A program made the position numbers and the translations under genes. Below are positions 35,099 to 48,347 of a stretch of DNA of 53,092 bases, piece by piece. Source of the DNA: Octopus bimaculoides (lineage: Eukaryota); assembly GCF_001194135.2 (NCBI RefSeq), contig NC_068989.1:31560520-31613611 (forward strand), in the 5' to 3' direction. Under the pieces are notes generated by a model. The model was given only the letters and a program-made list of their open reading frames with translations. It searched no databases and was not told where the DNA came from. Position 1 is the first letter of the stretch. Each line of letters starts with the position of its first letter.

Positions 35099-35416
35099 CT
35101 GAAATAAAACAAAACAAAGTTAAATTTGATCATTTCATAAAATTATGTAAGAACAAATGTAAATGGAAGCAAGAAACGCACTCACAGATCTTTATGTTTT
35201 ATGCATGTTTCAGTTAAAAAAATAACAAATTGATTGAATTGAAAGGAGCTAGCTAAGCAGAAGATCAAATATAATCACCAGAATTTGAAGAGACTAATGG
35301 TGGTAACAAACAAAATTCAAGTTATATTAGTGCTCCATAAATAGATTCTTTCTGTCAGATCAAGGACACATTTTAAATAAATATGTGAAAATATACATAG
35401 CTTTCCAACAACACTG

Positions 35417-35555
35417 GTAAAGAATTCTAAAATATCTGAAAAGCTCATTGCAGCTATCATTTGATAAAAGCGCTGTCAATTCTGTTAAAGGCTTGACACC
35501 TCTTTTTCCAAATGATAACTGCAATGAGCTTTTCAGATATTTTAGAATTCTTTAC
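35417..35555. repeat. 139-bp foldback hairpin
   Basis: 47-bp arms at 35417-35463 and 35509-35555 with 46/47 complementarity. Further inner pairing AAAAG/CTTTT and TGTCAA/TTGACA. Confidence 0.9.
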
Positions 35556-37166
35556 ATTAGGTTGAGAAAATATTATCTGTAACTCATACATTATATAATG
35601 TTACTTTATCTTTTATTTAGAGATTAATAAACTATTAACTGTTTAAGAAATAAATATATTTTGACAAATTCATCTTAATCTCATTTAAGATATTTTTAGA
35701 ATTCTTAGTTTTCAGCTTCTTCATATTGCATAGGATAAAAATTTGAAGTTATGGACAGGAAGTTTTATCCAAAAATTAAATTGAAAATACTGACTAGGTT
35801 TAATCCAAAGACACGTGTAGAAATTCAAATTTCAATTTGCTTTTCACATTTTTAGTATGAATGAGAAAAAAAAACTCTTACTAAATAAATGTTAGTCAAT
35901 GAAAACAATTAATCTTCCAGATTTTTTTTATTACACTTATTAGTGGGACCTGTGAATATTTCACGGAATTAATGGTAAACCTATTGGATTATTTCTGAAT
36001 ACTTTATCCAAAAAACCTCAATGCACAGCCTGTGGTGTGTCTGTATGGAAAGATAGTTGCTTCATTGAAAAGTGAAAGAAATTGGAATATGATGATCACT
36101 TAATGCACTTTATATACTCTATGCACAATTTTATAGACTTAATGACCAGCACTCATAAGATAAATATTCACTCCTATTTTTCTATTTTTCCTATGAACAA
36201 AAAAAAATATCCCATACATATGATACAACCTTTAGTTAAATTACATATATCTGTCATGTAAATAAGCGTAAATATTTCACAGAATTGCACTTATGCACAT
36301 ACGTTAAGAGATAGGTGATATAAAAAACTTAGTTCAATCAAAAAAAGAAAATACACTTTTAACTATTCACACAATACCACCATCATCACCATCATCATCA
36401 TCATCATCATCACCCTCTCTGCTAAAATTATTATGTACCAACTCCTGCCTTTCTTAGTTCAATTAAAACAAACACACTTTTCACTATCTACATACCACTG
36501 TCACCTCCACTACCATCATCACCATCTCCCTCCTCTCCCTCTCCTTTCTCTTTCTGCCTTTCTTAAACTTCACCATCAAAACATCACCCCACTGCTAAAA
36601 TTATTATGTACCAACTCCTACCTCATGTCATGGACACTTCTCCCTCTCTTTTTCTCTCTCTCTTTTTCTTTCTCCCTCTTTCTGTCTCACTCTTCACCTT
36701 ATCTTCTTTTTCTCCATTTTCTTTCTCTTCTCTTACCCTTCAATTAATCATGTGAAAGCATTACAATTACATTCCCTCTATCTCATGTCATGGACACTTC
36801 TCCCTCCCTCTTTTTCTCTAATCACATGACAGCATTACCAACAAGCTAAGTAACACAATGACAAGCAGAATTATTATAAGATTCCTCCCAAACTTGACTT
36901 CAACAGGATTTAAAATGCAGATCAATAGGTATAGTTTAAATGTTCTTATGAGTAATGTATATTAATTAATGATTTCCTTATTGAGTAGACCACTTTATCC
37001 CTTAAATTCCTGGAGTACTTTCTTTACATAATCTCTCAAACCTATTAAAAACTAGAGATTTTGACAAAATGCAGTTAGGCCAGTATAAAAATTATAAAAA
37101 TATAACTAATACTATTACATAAATTTTGATGAAATTAACTGATACACTATTAACAATCTTTGGTTT

Positions 37167-39428
37167 CATCACCATCATCGTTTAACGTCAGCTTTCCATG
37201 CTCATGGGTTGGACGATTTGACTGAGGACTGGTGAAACCGGATGGCAACACCAGCCTCCAATCTGATTTGGCAGAGTTTCTACAGCTGGATGCCCTTCCT
37301 AATGCCAACCACTCAGAGAGTGTAGTGGGTGCGTTTACGTGTCACCCGCACGAAGACCAGTCAGGCGGTACTGGCAATGGCCACGCTCAAAATGGTGTAT
37401 TTTATGTGCCACCTGCACAGGAGCCAGTCCAGGGGCATTGGCAACGATCTCGCTCGAAAATCCTACGAAGGCCAGTCAGGCGGTACTGGCAACGGCCACG
37501 TNNNNNNNNNNNNNNNNNNNNNNNNNNNNNNNNNNNNNNNNNNNNNNNNNNNNNNNNNNNNNNNNNNNNNNNNNNNNNNNNNNNNNNNNNNNNNNNNNNN
37601 NNNNNNNNNNNNNNNNNNNNNNNNNNNNNNNNNNNNNNNNNNNNNNNNNNNNNNNNNNNNNNNNNNNNNNNNNNNNNNNNNNNNNNNNNNNNNNNNNNNN
37701 NNNNNNNNNNNNNNNNNNNNNNNNNNATTTTATGTGCCACCCGCACAAGAGCCAGTCCAGGGGCACTGGCAACGATCTCGCTCGAAAATCCTTACACATG
37801 TCACGGGCACAAGTGCCAGGAAGGCGACGCTGGGCACAGGTGCTATCCTGATTTCGCTATTCGCTTGCTCCAATAAGTCTTCGCAAGCTGAGTTTCGTGT
37901 CCAATTAAGGAGACGACGTTGGCACGGGTGCGAGTCGTCGAATTTAGTTCGATTTCACTTGCCTCAACAAGTCTTCGCAAGCGGAGTTTAGTGTCCAATG
38001 TAGGAAAGGTACGCATGAGTGGGCTGGCTACACCCGTGGCAGAGGCCTTGGATTTAGGTTTCACTTGGCTTGCCGGGTCTTCTCACGCACAGCACATTTC
38101 CAAAGGTCCCGGTCAGAAGTCATCACCTCGGTGAGGCTCAATGTTCGAAGGTCTTGCCTCATCACCTCAGCCCAGGTCTTCCTGGGCCTACCTCTTCCAC
38201 GGGTTCCCTCAACTGTTAGGGTGTGGCACTTTTTCACGCAGCTATCCTCGTCCATTCTCACCACATGTCCATACCAGCGCAATCGCCTCTCTTGCACACC
38301 ACAACTGATGCTTCTTATGTTCAGCTTTTCTCTCAAGACACTTNNNNNNNNNNNNNNNNNNNNNNNNNNNNNNNNNNNNNNNNNNNNNNNNNNNNNNNNN
38401 NNNNNNNNNNNNNNNNNNNNNNNNNNNNNNNNNNNNNNNNNNNNNNNNNNNNNNNNNNNNNNNNNNNNNNNNNNNNNNNNNNNNNNNNNNNNNNNNNNNN
38501 NNNNNNNNNNNNNNNNNNNNNNNNNNNNNNNNNNNNNNNNNNNNNNNNNNNNNNNNNNNNNNNNNNNNNNNNNNNNNNNNNNNNNNNNNNNNNNNNNNNN
38601 NNNNNNNNNNNNNNNNNNNNNNNNNNNNNNNNNNNNNNNNNNNNNNNNNNNNNNNNNNNNNNNNNNNNNNNNNNNNNNNNNNNNNNNNNNNNNNNNNNNN
38701 NNNNNNNNNNNNNNNNNNNNNNNNNNNNNNNNNNNNNNNNNNNNNNNNNNNNNNNNNNNNNNNNNNNNNNNNNNNNNNNNNNNNNNNNNNNNNNNNNNNN
38801 NNNNNNNNNNNNNNNNNNNNNNNNNNNNNNNNNNNNNNNNNNNNNNNNNNNNNNNNNNNNNNNNNNNNNNNNNNNNNNNNNNNNNNNNNNNNNNNNNNNN
38901 NNNNNNNNNNNNNNNNNNNNNNNNNNNNNNNNNNNNNNNNNNNNNNNNNNNNNNNNNNNNNNNNNNNNNNNNNNNNNNNNNNNNNNNNNNNNNNNNNNNN
39001 NNNNNNNNNNNNNNNNNNNNNNNNNNNNNNNNNNNNNNNNNNNNNNNNNNNNNNNNNNNNNNNNNNNNNNNNNNNNNNNNNNNNNNNNNNNNNNNNNNNN
39101 NNNNNNNNNNNNNNNNNNNNNNNNNNNNNNNNNNNNTTCCAACCCTCACCTCACTGACAGCATCTCTGTACATGGCTCGCACAGCTCTCACTAACCGTTC
39201 TTCTATCCCAAGTTTCCTCATTGACTACCAGATAAGGGATCGGTGGACCCTGTCAAAGGCTTTCTCCATGTCAACGAAAGCCAGGTACAGAGGTTTATCC
39301 TTGGCTAGGTATTTCTCCTGCAGCTGTCTTACTAGAAATATGGCATCAGTGGTGCTTTTACCTGGCACGAACCCAAACTGCATCTCATCTAAATTGATTC
39401 GCTCCCTAATTAGTTGGGCTATGACCCT
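37167..39428 (-). mobile_element. 5'-truncated young RTE LINE in a golgin intron
   Basis: QFGFVPGKSTTDAIF..FVDMEKAFDRV, RLRWYGHVVRMD..GRPRKTW, 3' UTR and (ATG)n-like tail at 37167. Two internal N gaps. Confidence 0.92.
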
Positions 39429-40837
39429 ACTTGCTATGTCCTTTCGCCTGTCAATGTAAGTTGGATACAGTTAATTACATTTATGCATTTCACTAATTTA
39501 CATAATATCAATTCTATGGTATCAATTTTCTAATTAAATCATAAATAGATAATAAAAAATAAATCATTAATAATTAATACCAACAAATTCAAACTCACTG
39601 CATGAGTTATTAACTGCTATTATGCTCAAAAATCAAAGGAAGAAAAAATCTAGACAAATTTACTTGATAAAACACTAAAAATAAACACACATTTCTTTGA
39701 TAAAACACTAAAAATAAGCACACATTTCTAAAATGACTTAACTTAGTTTAGGTTTTTGACCCTCAAATAACAACACTGCTTAAACTGTGGTTTCATGCAG
39801 TTTAGGATTTGGCAACAGGTATAGACATCTATAGTATAGGACTTTACACTTAATTCAAATAGGATAGAGATAAATGGCACAAAAGTAAACTGAATTAATA
39901 ATACCCTATAAATTGTAAGCAGTCTAAAATAGGCCATAATTTTCTTATGTGCACACACTAAAAAAATAAGAAACCATATAATTTTACTTACTTAAATTAG
40001 TTATATATGTAAGTTCTATTCTTCTTTGAGACATAAAATGTTTGATAACCTCATCATACAATGAACCACAAATTAATATCAGTTATATTATGATTTTGTA
40101 AGAAAAAAATTATTGTAAAAAATATTAGTTTTACTTTAGGAATTACAAGTTAATTTAAACATACAACTTCTTGCCACAAAAACGAACATGCAACTATGCT
40201 GTCAAAGCTGTCGCACACTCTTTGCCATTACTTTTTTGCCAGTCTCCCATTATCCTATGATACACCTGGTACCATATTATGATACAATGCGCTGTGAGGT
40301 GTGCAGTGTTATTTCAGGAGGCCTGCCACCAAATTTCAAGCAGAGGTATAACAAAAGTTTTCCATTATGATTTGTGATTAAATTAACGAGTAAACATAAA
40401 GAATTTGCCACTTTTGATGGGTGTACAGCGCACACCTAGCACACCTGGAATATATGCCCCTGGATCCTAAGTCTCATAACAGATCAGTTAAATGCAGAAA
40501 ACCTAAAAGAATATGCCCTAAGCTGCAGTTGGTATTCAGATAAAGTAAATGAACAACTAAATTTTTATACAGTCCTCTGACTCACTGGATCTTGTTGACT
40601 GTCCCAGCTCAGCCCAGCCTAGCATGGAAGATGGATGTTAAACGATGATGATGATTCATACAAAGATGGATGGGATAGCTGAGAAGGTGAAAAAAATCAG
40701 TTTCTTATTTTTTCCTCAACTCAAATCCTACTGAAATCAATTTCCCTGAGGGTCAGAAAATAGGTAACAGGCTCTGTAGGTTGGAATAGTGTGCTGCATG
40801 CTGCTTGCAAATTTTTGCAAAGTAACAATTTGCTTAC

Positions 40838-40972
40838 CTCAAACTCAGTAGGTTCCCGCAATAGTGGCTCATTCAGGTTGCAGTTATAATTATCTCTGTA
40901 GTGATATGATGATGTATTTAGGACTGAACTACTCTCCGGTTCAACTATGCTGGTATTTTCCAGTTTATCAAT
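40838..40972 (-). CDS. GOLGA4: Golgin-245-like exon preceding the GRIP domain
   Basis: TATTGTAG | 135 nt | GTAAGC, phase 0-0. Encodes IDKLENTS...NEPLLREPTEFE, where EPTEFE matches the motif just before the human GRIP Tyr. Confidence 0.9.
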
Positions 40973-41080
40973 CTACAATACAATAGTTAAAAGACAATTT
41001 GTACTGTAATTACTTTCAATTGATGAAAAGGAGCAAAAACAAACATAACCAAATTATTTACCCTTTAATTAGATCAAATA

Positions 41081-42244
41081 TCAGGTCATTAAGAATGAAA
41101 TATCCAATTTTGAACTGAAGGTTTATTTTACTTTATCTCAACGAAAAGCAATGCAGTTAATCAAGGTATGCACCTAATTTTGCCATTTTATCGGTAGTTT
41201 ATTTATGCCAACAGCAAAGAATCATGAAAGGCTGTTTTTGCATCTTCTTCAGATTTGAAGTTTTTTTCTTGCAAAAAGTTGTCTCATACCAGGAAAATGT
41301 GATAGTCAGTCAGTGCAAGGTCTAGTGAATATGGTGGATGACAGAGTACTTCCAAGTTTATTCCTGTAACTTGAGTAGCATTCTTTGTGCAACATGTGGT
41401 TGAGTATTGTCTTGCAAGAGAATTGTCCTGTCTCTATTGACCAATCTCGGTTGTTTAATTGCAAGTTCACTCATCATTTCATCCAATTAATTTGGACTAC
41501 CAAACAGACACCATTAGCCTTTTTTGGATTGTGTTTTGGCACTTCTTCTCTGTTCAGCTACCATGCAGAATGCTTGCTATTGTTGAAAATAATCCATTTT
41601 TCATCACACGTAACAATATGATGCAAAAATGGTTCACTTTTATGCTGTGGCAGCAAAAAACAGCAAGTTTGAAGATGACGTACCATTTGATACTTGTTCA
41701 GTTTGTGTGGTACCCACTTGTTCAGCTTTTTTACCTTGCTAATTTGTTTCAGATGGTCCAATACAGTTGGAATTGAAACATCAACCCTTGCTGCTAACTC
41801 ATGTGTAGTTTGCGATGTATCCACTTCTACTACAGTTTCCAGCTCATCATTATCAACCTTGGTCTCAGGTCTACCATGGGGCTGATTTTCAAGAATAAAG
41901 TCACCAGACCAGAACTTCTCAAACCATCGACATACAGTGTGATCATTCACCACATCTTCTCCAAACACCTCATTAATGTTTCGAGCTGTCTGGAATGCAT
42001 TGGTTCCACAATGGAACTCACATTCATAAATAACATAAATTTTTGATCTATCCATGGGTTCACAAAAATCAATTAACAAGAGAAAACTCACAACATAATC
42101 AGACACCATGAACTACATTTCAAAAAATGATGATGTAACTCTTCAATATTGTAAAACAAAGAATTGTCAGGATAAAACATTAGAGTTAACGACTGTCAAA
42201 CTTGGTGCATAAAAGAATCGGACATTTCATTCTTAATGACCTGA
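41081..42244 (-). mobile_element. mariner transposon (Hsmar1/SETMAR-like transposase), 1164 bp, defective
   Basis: TA at 41079-41080 and 42245-42246. 29-bp TIR TCAGGTCATTAAGAATGAAAT(A/G)TCC(A/G)ATT. Confidence 0.92.
41558..42055 (-). pseudogene. Truncated mariner transposase (165 aa before a premature stop)
   Basis: MDRSKI..TARNINEVFGE..RWFEKF..KWVPHKL..IVTCDEKW, then a stop and degraded downstream sequence. Confidence 0.9.
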
Positions 42245-44339
42245 TAGTTTACCTGGCATACATCTATATCTGATTGTTGTTGAAGCAACTAGATTGCTTT
42301 GCGAAGCAAATTATTCTATTTACCTGTTTGATGTGCCCTTAAACTATAAAAGTTACTAGCCTAGATGAACCTAGATGTTCAGTCCACAGGCAAAGCAGGT
42401 TATTTTACTGCTGTCAGTGAACATAGTTGCCTAGGCAACACAAAATGTCTCATCTATTTTAATAAATCCAGTTGAAAACAAACACTACTCAAATTAGCAT
42501 TTGTATTTAACTGGAGAGTTTTAAATTCAAAATGAGAATTCACTTATAAAATAATTCATACAAAATACTGAGTTAGGAGAATTCCAGCTTATGTTAATGC
42601 TGAAAGGATGGAGGAACACGAAAGAGTGTGTGCACATGTGCACATCTGTATTTTCTCATCATTAGTAAGTCAGACAGTAGAGATAGCCAAAGCAATCAAA
42701 GTCGTCTCTTATGTAAACTGTATTACAATCCTGACTCTGCATCATAATGTTATATATTTTAGTAAAATAGACCCTACAAATTATTTCATGAAAGCTACTG
42801 AAATATCTTCTACACTTCCCAATATAACTTGCAACTGCATTGTGTTCCTTTTATTAATTACATGAACTAAACAACTTAACTATTGTCTGCAATATAGCCT
42901 AAAGTATTTTTATCCAGTGATAATAACAATTTCATTAATAAAGTGTTTCTTGTTTTTCCAGATCCTACATTATGATACAATGATTACTTAAATAAATTAA
43001 GAAATACAATTACAAAATAAAATCTTGCAAACTCGAAGATATTTGGTAACTTAAGATTCGTGTTAAACTTGTGCACATAGAAATAAATCTATTCTGATAT
43101 ATCATAAGCAATTCTAGCCCAATCATTTTTGGATTAAAAAAATAAAATTACATACTTTCCAGCAAATTACATTTGAAATATTCTAATAGGCCACACTAAT
43201 AAAGAGGGTACAAATAAACCACCTCACATTCACTTTCAACTCGAACACTAATATTATCAATATTTTAGTTAATGTAATATTAAAGCTAGAAATGTGTCCA
43301 AATTGATCTTATTTTTTGGCTTTAATGTATTCATTTGAACAAAGTCAGTCAATATTCCTGTTGATAGATAAATTGTCAGTGTTGAATTAATATTTGTTTA
43401 TATATAGTTTTTTTCTCAATTTTTATTTCATTTACTTATTGTATGCATGCATTTCTGTTTTTATTGTCTTTTTAAATTTTTCCTTTAAAAAAGGAGCTAA
43501 TCTACAAAAGGAGATGTTTTCACAGGAATCAAAACATCAACTAAGAGAGTCAAATCCCAGTCTTATTGTACCACACATAGTCATGTATATATGCATGAAT
43601 ATATTTTCATTTATTTTCTATTTTCAGAAACTGAACCTCTAGAACATTTTTGATATTTTAACAATTCCATAAACAGATTGGACATATACTTTCAAATTGT
43701 CCTTTTTCTTTTTCTTTTCTTCTTTTTTTTTGATGCAAAGTCTGTCTTTTCTGGAATAGTGTTTAGCTATATAGTTACATAACAAAGTACTCCAATATGT
43801 AAATGTAAAGCCAAAATCTGGTTATAGAATTTGTTTCTTCATTAATTTTTCATTTACTTTGGAAGTGATATTTTCATCAATTAAATAACTAATGTCCATA
43901 TAAGAAAAGAAGTATGTCCAATTTGTTATATTTGTCTTTCACTGATGGTATTATAGATATATTACACCAATAATCTTTGCTTTTGTAAATGTTTCACTTT
44001 TCAACACCTCAGCTTTCTGTCAAGCCCCTCTGTTATTCTTCCTACAAATTACACTATATAGTGTATTCATAATATATCTCATAAATAGTAGTATGTTTAG
44101 TCTACTATGAATGATGTTGATTACAACGAAAGTCATGCATTGTTGTAGAGATCAATTGCTCGATGGATGTGAACATCTCTTCAAAAAAAGGGGAGAAGGA
44201 GAACATCTATGGAAAACTGATGAGAAACCTACAGCTGTTATATTCACGCTATAGATTTTCATTTGTTCTGATTATCATACAGGGCTGCGCAACATAGAAA
44301 CCTAGAATACAGAGGTTGCGCAAAGATAAGAAATAAATG

Positions 44340-44680
44340 AAACTAGCATGCTCTGCTGGGATGTACAGTGCACAAATGACAAAGTACAAATGTCTTGAAA
44401 AAAAAGTGAGCATAAGAAGCATCAAGTGTAGTGTACAAGAGAGAAAACTGTGTTGCTATGATCATATGATGCATATGGATGAGGACAGCTGCATAAATAA
44501 GTACTAATCACTAAATGTGGATGGAACTTATGGAAGAGAGAGACTCAGAAAGACATGGAATAAAGTAGTGAAGATCAATATCTAGTTTTTGAGCATCACA
44601 GAGGAAATGACAAAGGGCTGAGATAATTGGCATTTCTCCATACTCAACAAGACCTGTACATCCCAGTAAAATTCAGGTCC
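44340..44680 (+). mobile_element. Ancient RTE C-terminal relic
   Basis: Diverged match to 27990-28140 (agcatc..gtg..caagagag..atggatgaggacagctg). Confidence 0.7.
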
Positions 44681-45383
44681 ATATCATCAATGTCTATATC
44701 TTGCACCTAATCTGCACCTGTCAAGCCTTCCCCTCAGCTCATCATTGTAATACCCATCCATCTTTCACCCCTCTAATCATATCACTATTTCCTAAGCTAC
44801 TGTAATTACATGAAAGCAGAAGTGCACATATTCTATTCCCACTTTTGAACTGTCAGTAACCCCTCTTCTTGAAACTACTTCCTTTTCCACCCATCCTGCA
44901 CTCTCAACATTATCTCTTACCACTTTATTTTCCACTGAACACAATTTTCCTCTGAATATCCTCTCACATCGGCAATTGACACCTTCTCCCTTTTTGTCAC
45001 TACATCCACCTCTATGTGCCTCTGATATCCCTCTCTACCACTGTACATTTTCTCTATCTCTTTTTCCCATCTATATGCTATTTTATTAAGCTGTTGCCCT
45101 CCACCCTCACTTTTTATGTATTGCTACCTATTACCATTAGGCAGTAAGGGAATATCAATAGATGAAAGTTATGCATAAAGTTAGGCACCAAGTTTAAACA
45201 GGTACAAAGTTGAATGTAGAAAGTTTTGTCAATGTCCTAAGTTGGTGTTGATGTATTGAGTAGCAAGTGAAAAACAACAATCAAAAATTTCAATTATGTC
45301 ATGGACAAAGTTTGCTAAGATCTTGCCTCCTACACTATGACAAGTGCCTCATTATAGATTACACAAGATTTATTTTCAGTCAC

Positions 45384-45452
45384 CTTTTGTAATAAGACTT
45401 CAATTTGAGTATGGCATTCTGCAAGGTCATCATTTAAATGTTTTACTTGAAG
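45384..45452 (-). CDS. GOLGA4: Golgin coiled-coil exon
   Basis: TCTTTCTACTTTCAG | 69 nt | GTGACT, phase 0-0. Encodes LQVKHLNDDLAECHTQIEVLLQK, with compatible phases on both sides. Confidence 0.75.
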
Positions 45453-48208
45453 CTGAAAGTAGAAAGATACTGAAATAATATTGTTAACCTTAATTATGCA
45501 TGTTTTTCACTGTAAACATGTCAATCAGTGTACCCAGTAAGCTTTTATCAGTCTTAATAGTTACTGATTAATCATTAATTAATGTATTACGCATCTTTTA
45601 CAAGAGTCACTCACAAGACTTTATGTAATTAGAAATATCAGTTAATGGGTCACTGGCTTTGAGAAGACTAATCAACAACTATTATCAATGCTTTTCTCAA
45701 GATCATTATTGAAGCAAAATAAAACAGTAAGAAACTAAAACTCAATCTTATACATTATTTACCAGGAACTTAGTTTTTTCTTTACAAAGTTCTCCTGGTG
45801 AATATGGATTAGAAATAAAATTAACATATATCGCTTCCAATGCTTACAAGTTGAAATCCATTAGAATGAGAAAATTATAATGTTTAAAGTATGATACTTC
45901 AAATATTTTCATTACACAAATAGTAAATATCTAATGTATTTTTACATGAGCATACAAGAGAGACTGAACAAAATTAAAATTGTTGTTGTTAAGTATTCTG
46001 TCTGCTCGGTTCTGCATGCATATATCTACAGATGAATCGGAAGGGTCATTAGAGTACGGAAAAGAATGCCTCATGGTATTAATTGCAACTCTCTACATCC
46101 TATCAAAGTCAGCTTTGTCTTGCATCCTTTCAGAGCTGATAAAATGTACAAAACCAGAGTAGTGGATTGGTAGAACTGTTCAAGATCAGGTGAAATGCTT
46201 TGCAGTACCAGTTCCAGCTCTTTGTGCTTTGAGAGCAACAACTGCAATAGCACTAGTGCCAAGCTGTATTGGTCCAAGTTGGTAGCCATTCTACTGAATA
46301 AACATTGGTAGTGTGGAGAGGGGAGACATGCATGCATAAGTAACTGTTAGTCTTCTTCATAATAACTTGCACAGACCTGCACAAATGTGTGCAGATATAT
46401 AGCTAAAATTGACAGAAATAGATCCTACATCTACAGCATGACAGTAGTCACTCAAAGAATCCTATGGTCTATATACTATCACTAAACAATTTTTATGGCC
46501 CGGTGAGATTTGAAACTTTTCTGGAGATGACACCAATTTTGAAGATGACACAGAGTTTACTGTGGATGGTCTGGCTATGACATTAAGCATTTAAGCAATT
46601 ACAGAGAAATTTCATCAAAAGTTTGTGATAATGAAAAAAACAATAGATGTTGTACAAAATGTTGTAATTTTTCAGATTAAAATTAACTGCATTTTTTTCA
46701 CAACATCATGCAATGTACACTTACATGTTGGCCTATTAAGCAAGAAGTGTGTTATTATGAGAACAAGATTTGAAATATGCCATAGCAATTAGTAGAGATT
46801 GTACTAAATAGTTACTTTTCTTAACTTCACCAATGACATATGGACAAAGAATTTTGCAGTCAGCTCAACTATCAGCAACTATTCCTGATAGAGTTGCAAC
46901 TTTCCTTGTCTTCATTACCACTCTAAGTATCCAATTCAAATTGAATATTTCATTTATGTAATTTATTCCATTAGTTCTTATGGCAGCAATCTCTTTAAAA
47001 ACCTACACATTCTGTTCAAACTCCTTCCATTGATCGTAGTTCCAACACAAGTCCCTTATAACACTGTTTTGAAGATACTGAGTCCACTTAGTCTTCAATT
47101 ATGATATACAAATGAAAATACTGAGTAAATTAACATATATATCTTTATAAACAAGGTTTATAACTTTTGTTGTCAGAATTTAGTACTGTAATTTTAAACT
47201 CATTTTTTTCTATGTTTTAGAGGAGGAAAAAAAAACTTAATGCTTAGTCAGAAGAGGAAGGGCAATACCCCTGACCCTTGCTTCCTTATAATTTCCATCC
47301 ATCAAATTTAAGCTACAAGGCTGAACAATAGCAGGTGACATTGAACAATAGCAGGAGGTCACACTGAACAATAGCAAGAGACACTTTCCCAAGGCACTGT
47401 GCAGTGGGAGCAAGCATGTTATTTCAAGGATGTTTTTTATGCAGTTGAGAAAATAGTTTAAGGATATATTAGAGTAATTGATCAATAGCACCACTGGAAG
47501 TGAGTGGATGATGATAATACCAGGTGGATCACTGGGAGACAAAACAATAACAGAAGGATACTGCATATAACTACAATGCCATATATTTCACTCATCCCAA
47601 CAAGAAGAAATTTATAAAAGACTAAAGATGTTACTCAGAGTAATGTCAGAAAGATCAACTGCTTTCAACAAATTAAATTTAAAAATTGTTATTGGATTTT
47701 GAATAATTCTGAAATTGATTGTTTTGTGTTCTGAATTGATGTATCAACTTATACTGAGATTTCAGCCACTACTATGTCACACAACCTGCTAGAAATAGCA
47801 GTCAAATTTCTGTCAAACAACATTCTATTGTCTTAATAAAAGGAGACACTGGATAATATATTCTTCACAAACAAGGTGGGTTAATCAACAACAACCTACT
47901 TTCCTGAATAACAGTTTGAATAGGATAATCAGAACTGGAATAAAAGGTCAAAAATATTTGGAAGCCCTAAAGTTGAAGATACACAGTTTCTCAGTCTAAG
48001 ATCTTAAAATCTATTTTAAGATTATGAAATTTCAGTAACTTCCAACTTGCTTTCTCAGTGGTTAATTATACCCATTTTTTTATTAATAAATTTCACCAAT
48101 GATGAGTAATCCAATAAGCATGATGGCACTATACACTAAATGAGAAGCAATAGTAAAAAATACAAAAAAGAAAGATAGACTTGACATACTTTCAAAAATT
48201 CAACTTAC

Positions 48209-48347
48209 TTTTAAGTCTGTATTGTCCAATTGCAAATTCTGAAGATCAGCATTATAGTCATCATCTAGGCTTGGAGCTGCTAACAAAGGTTCTGCAAGTT
48301 GACTACGATGCATTTCATTTTGGGTTTGTAACTCGGCAATTTGTAAT
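48209..48347 (-). CDS. GOLGA4: Golgin coiled-coil exon (most 5' exon found in the window)
   Basis: ..AATCCAG | 139 nt | GTAAGT. One leading nt, then LQIAELQTQNEMHRSQLAEPLLAAPSLDDDYNADLQNLQLDNTDLK, ending in phase 0. Confidence 0.75.

Noticed and set aside
37232-39459. Long ORFs of 100-460 aa in the track, also at 50925-51921
   Set aside because: Their length comes from N runs translated as X. The real parts are RTE UTR, antisense or RT fragments.
45980-46640. Moderately GC-balanced stretches tested as extra golgin exons
   Set aside because: No frame with both good splice sites and compatible phase. The exons on either side already join in frame.
47322-47376. TGAACAATAGCA three times at 20-23 bp spacing, superficially CRISPR-like
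   Set aside because: Repeats and spacers are too short, the context is a decayed eukaryotic SINE, and there are no cas genes.
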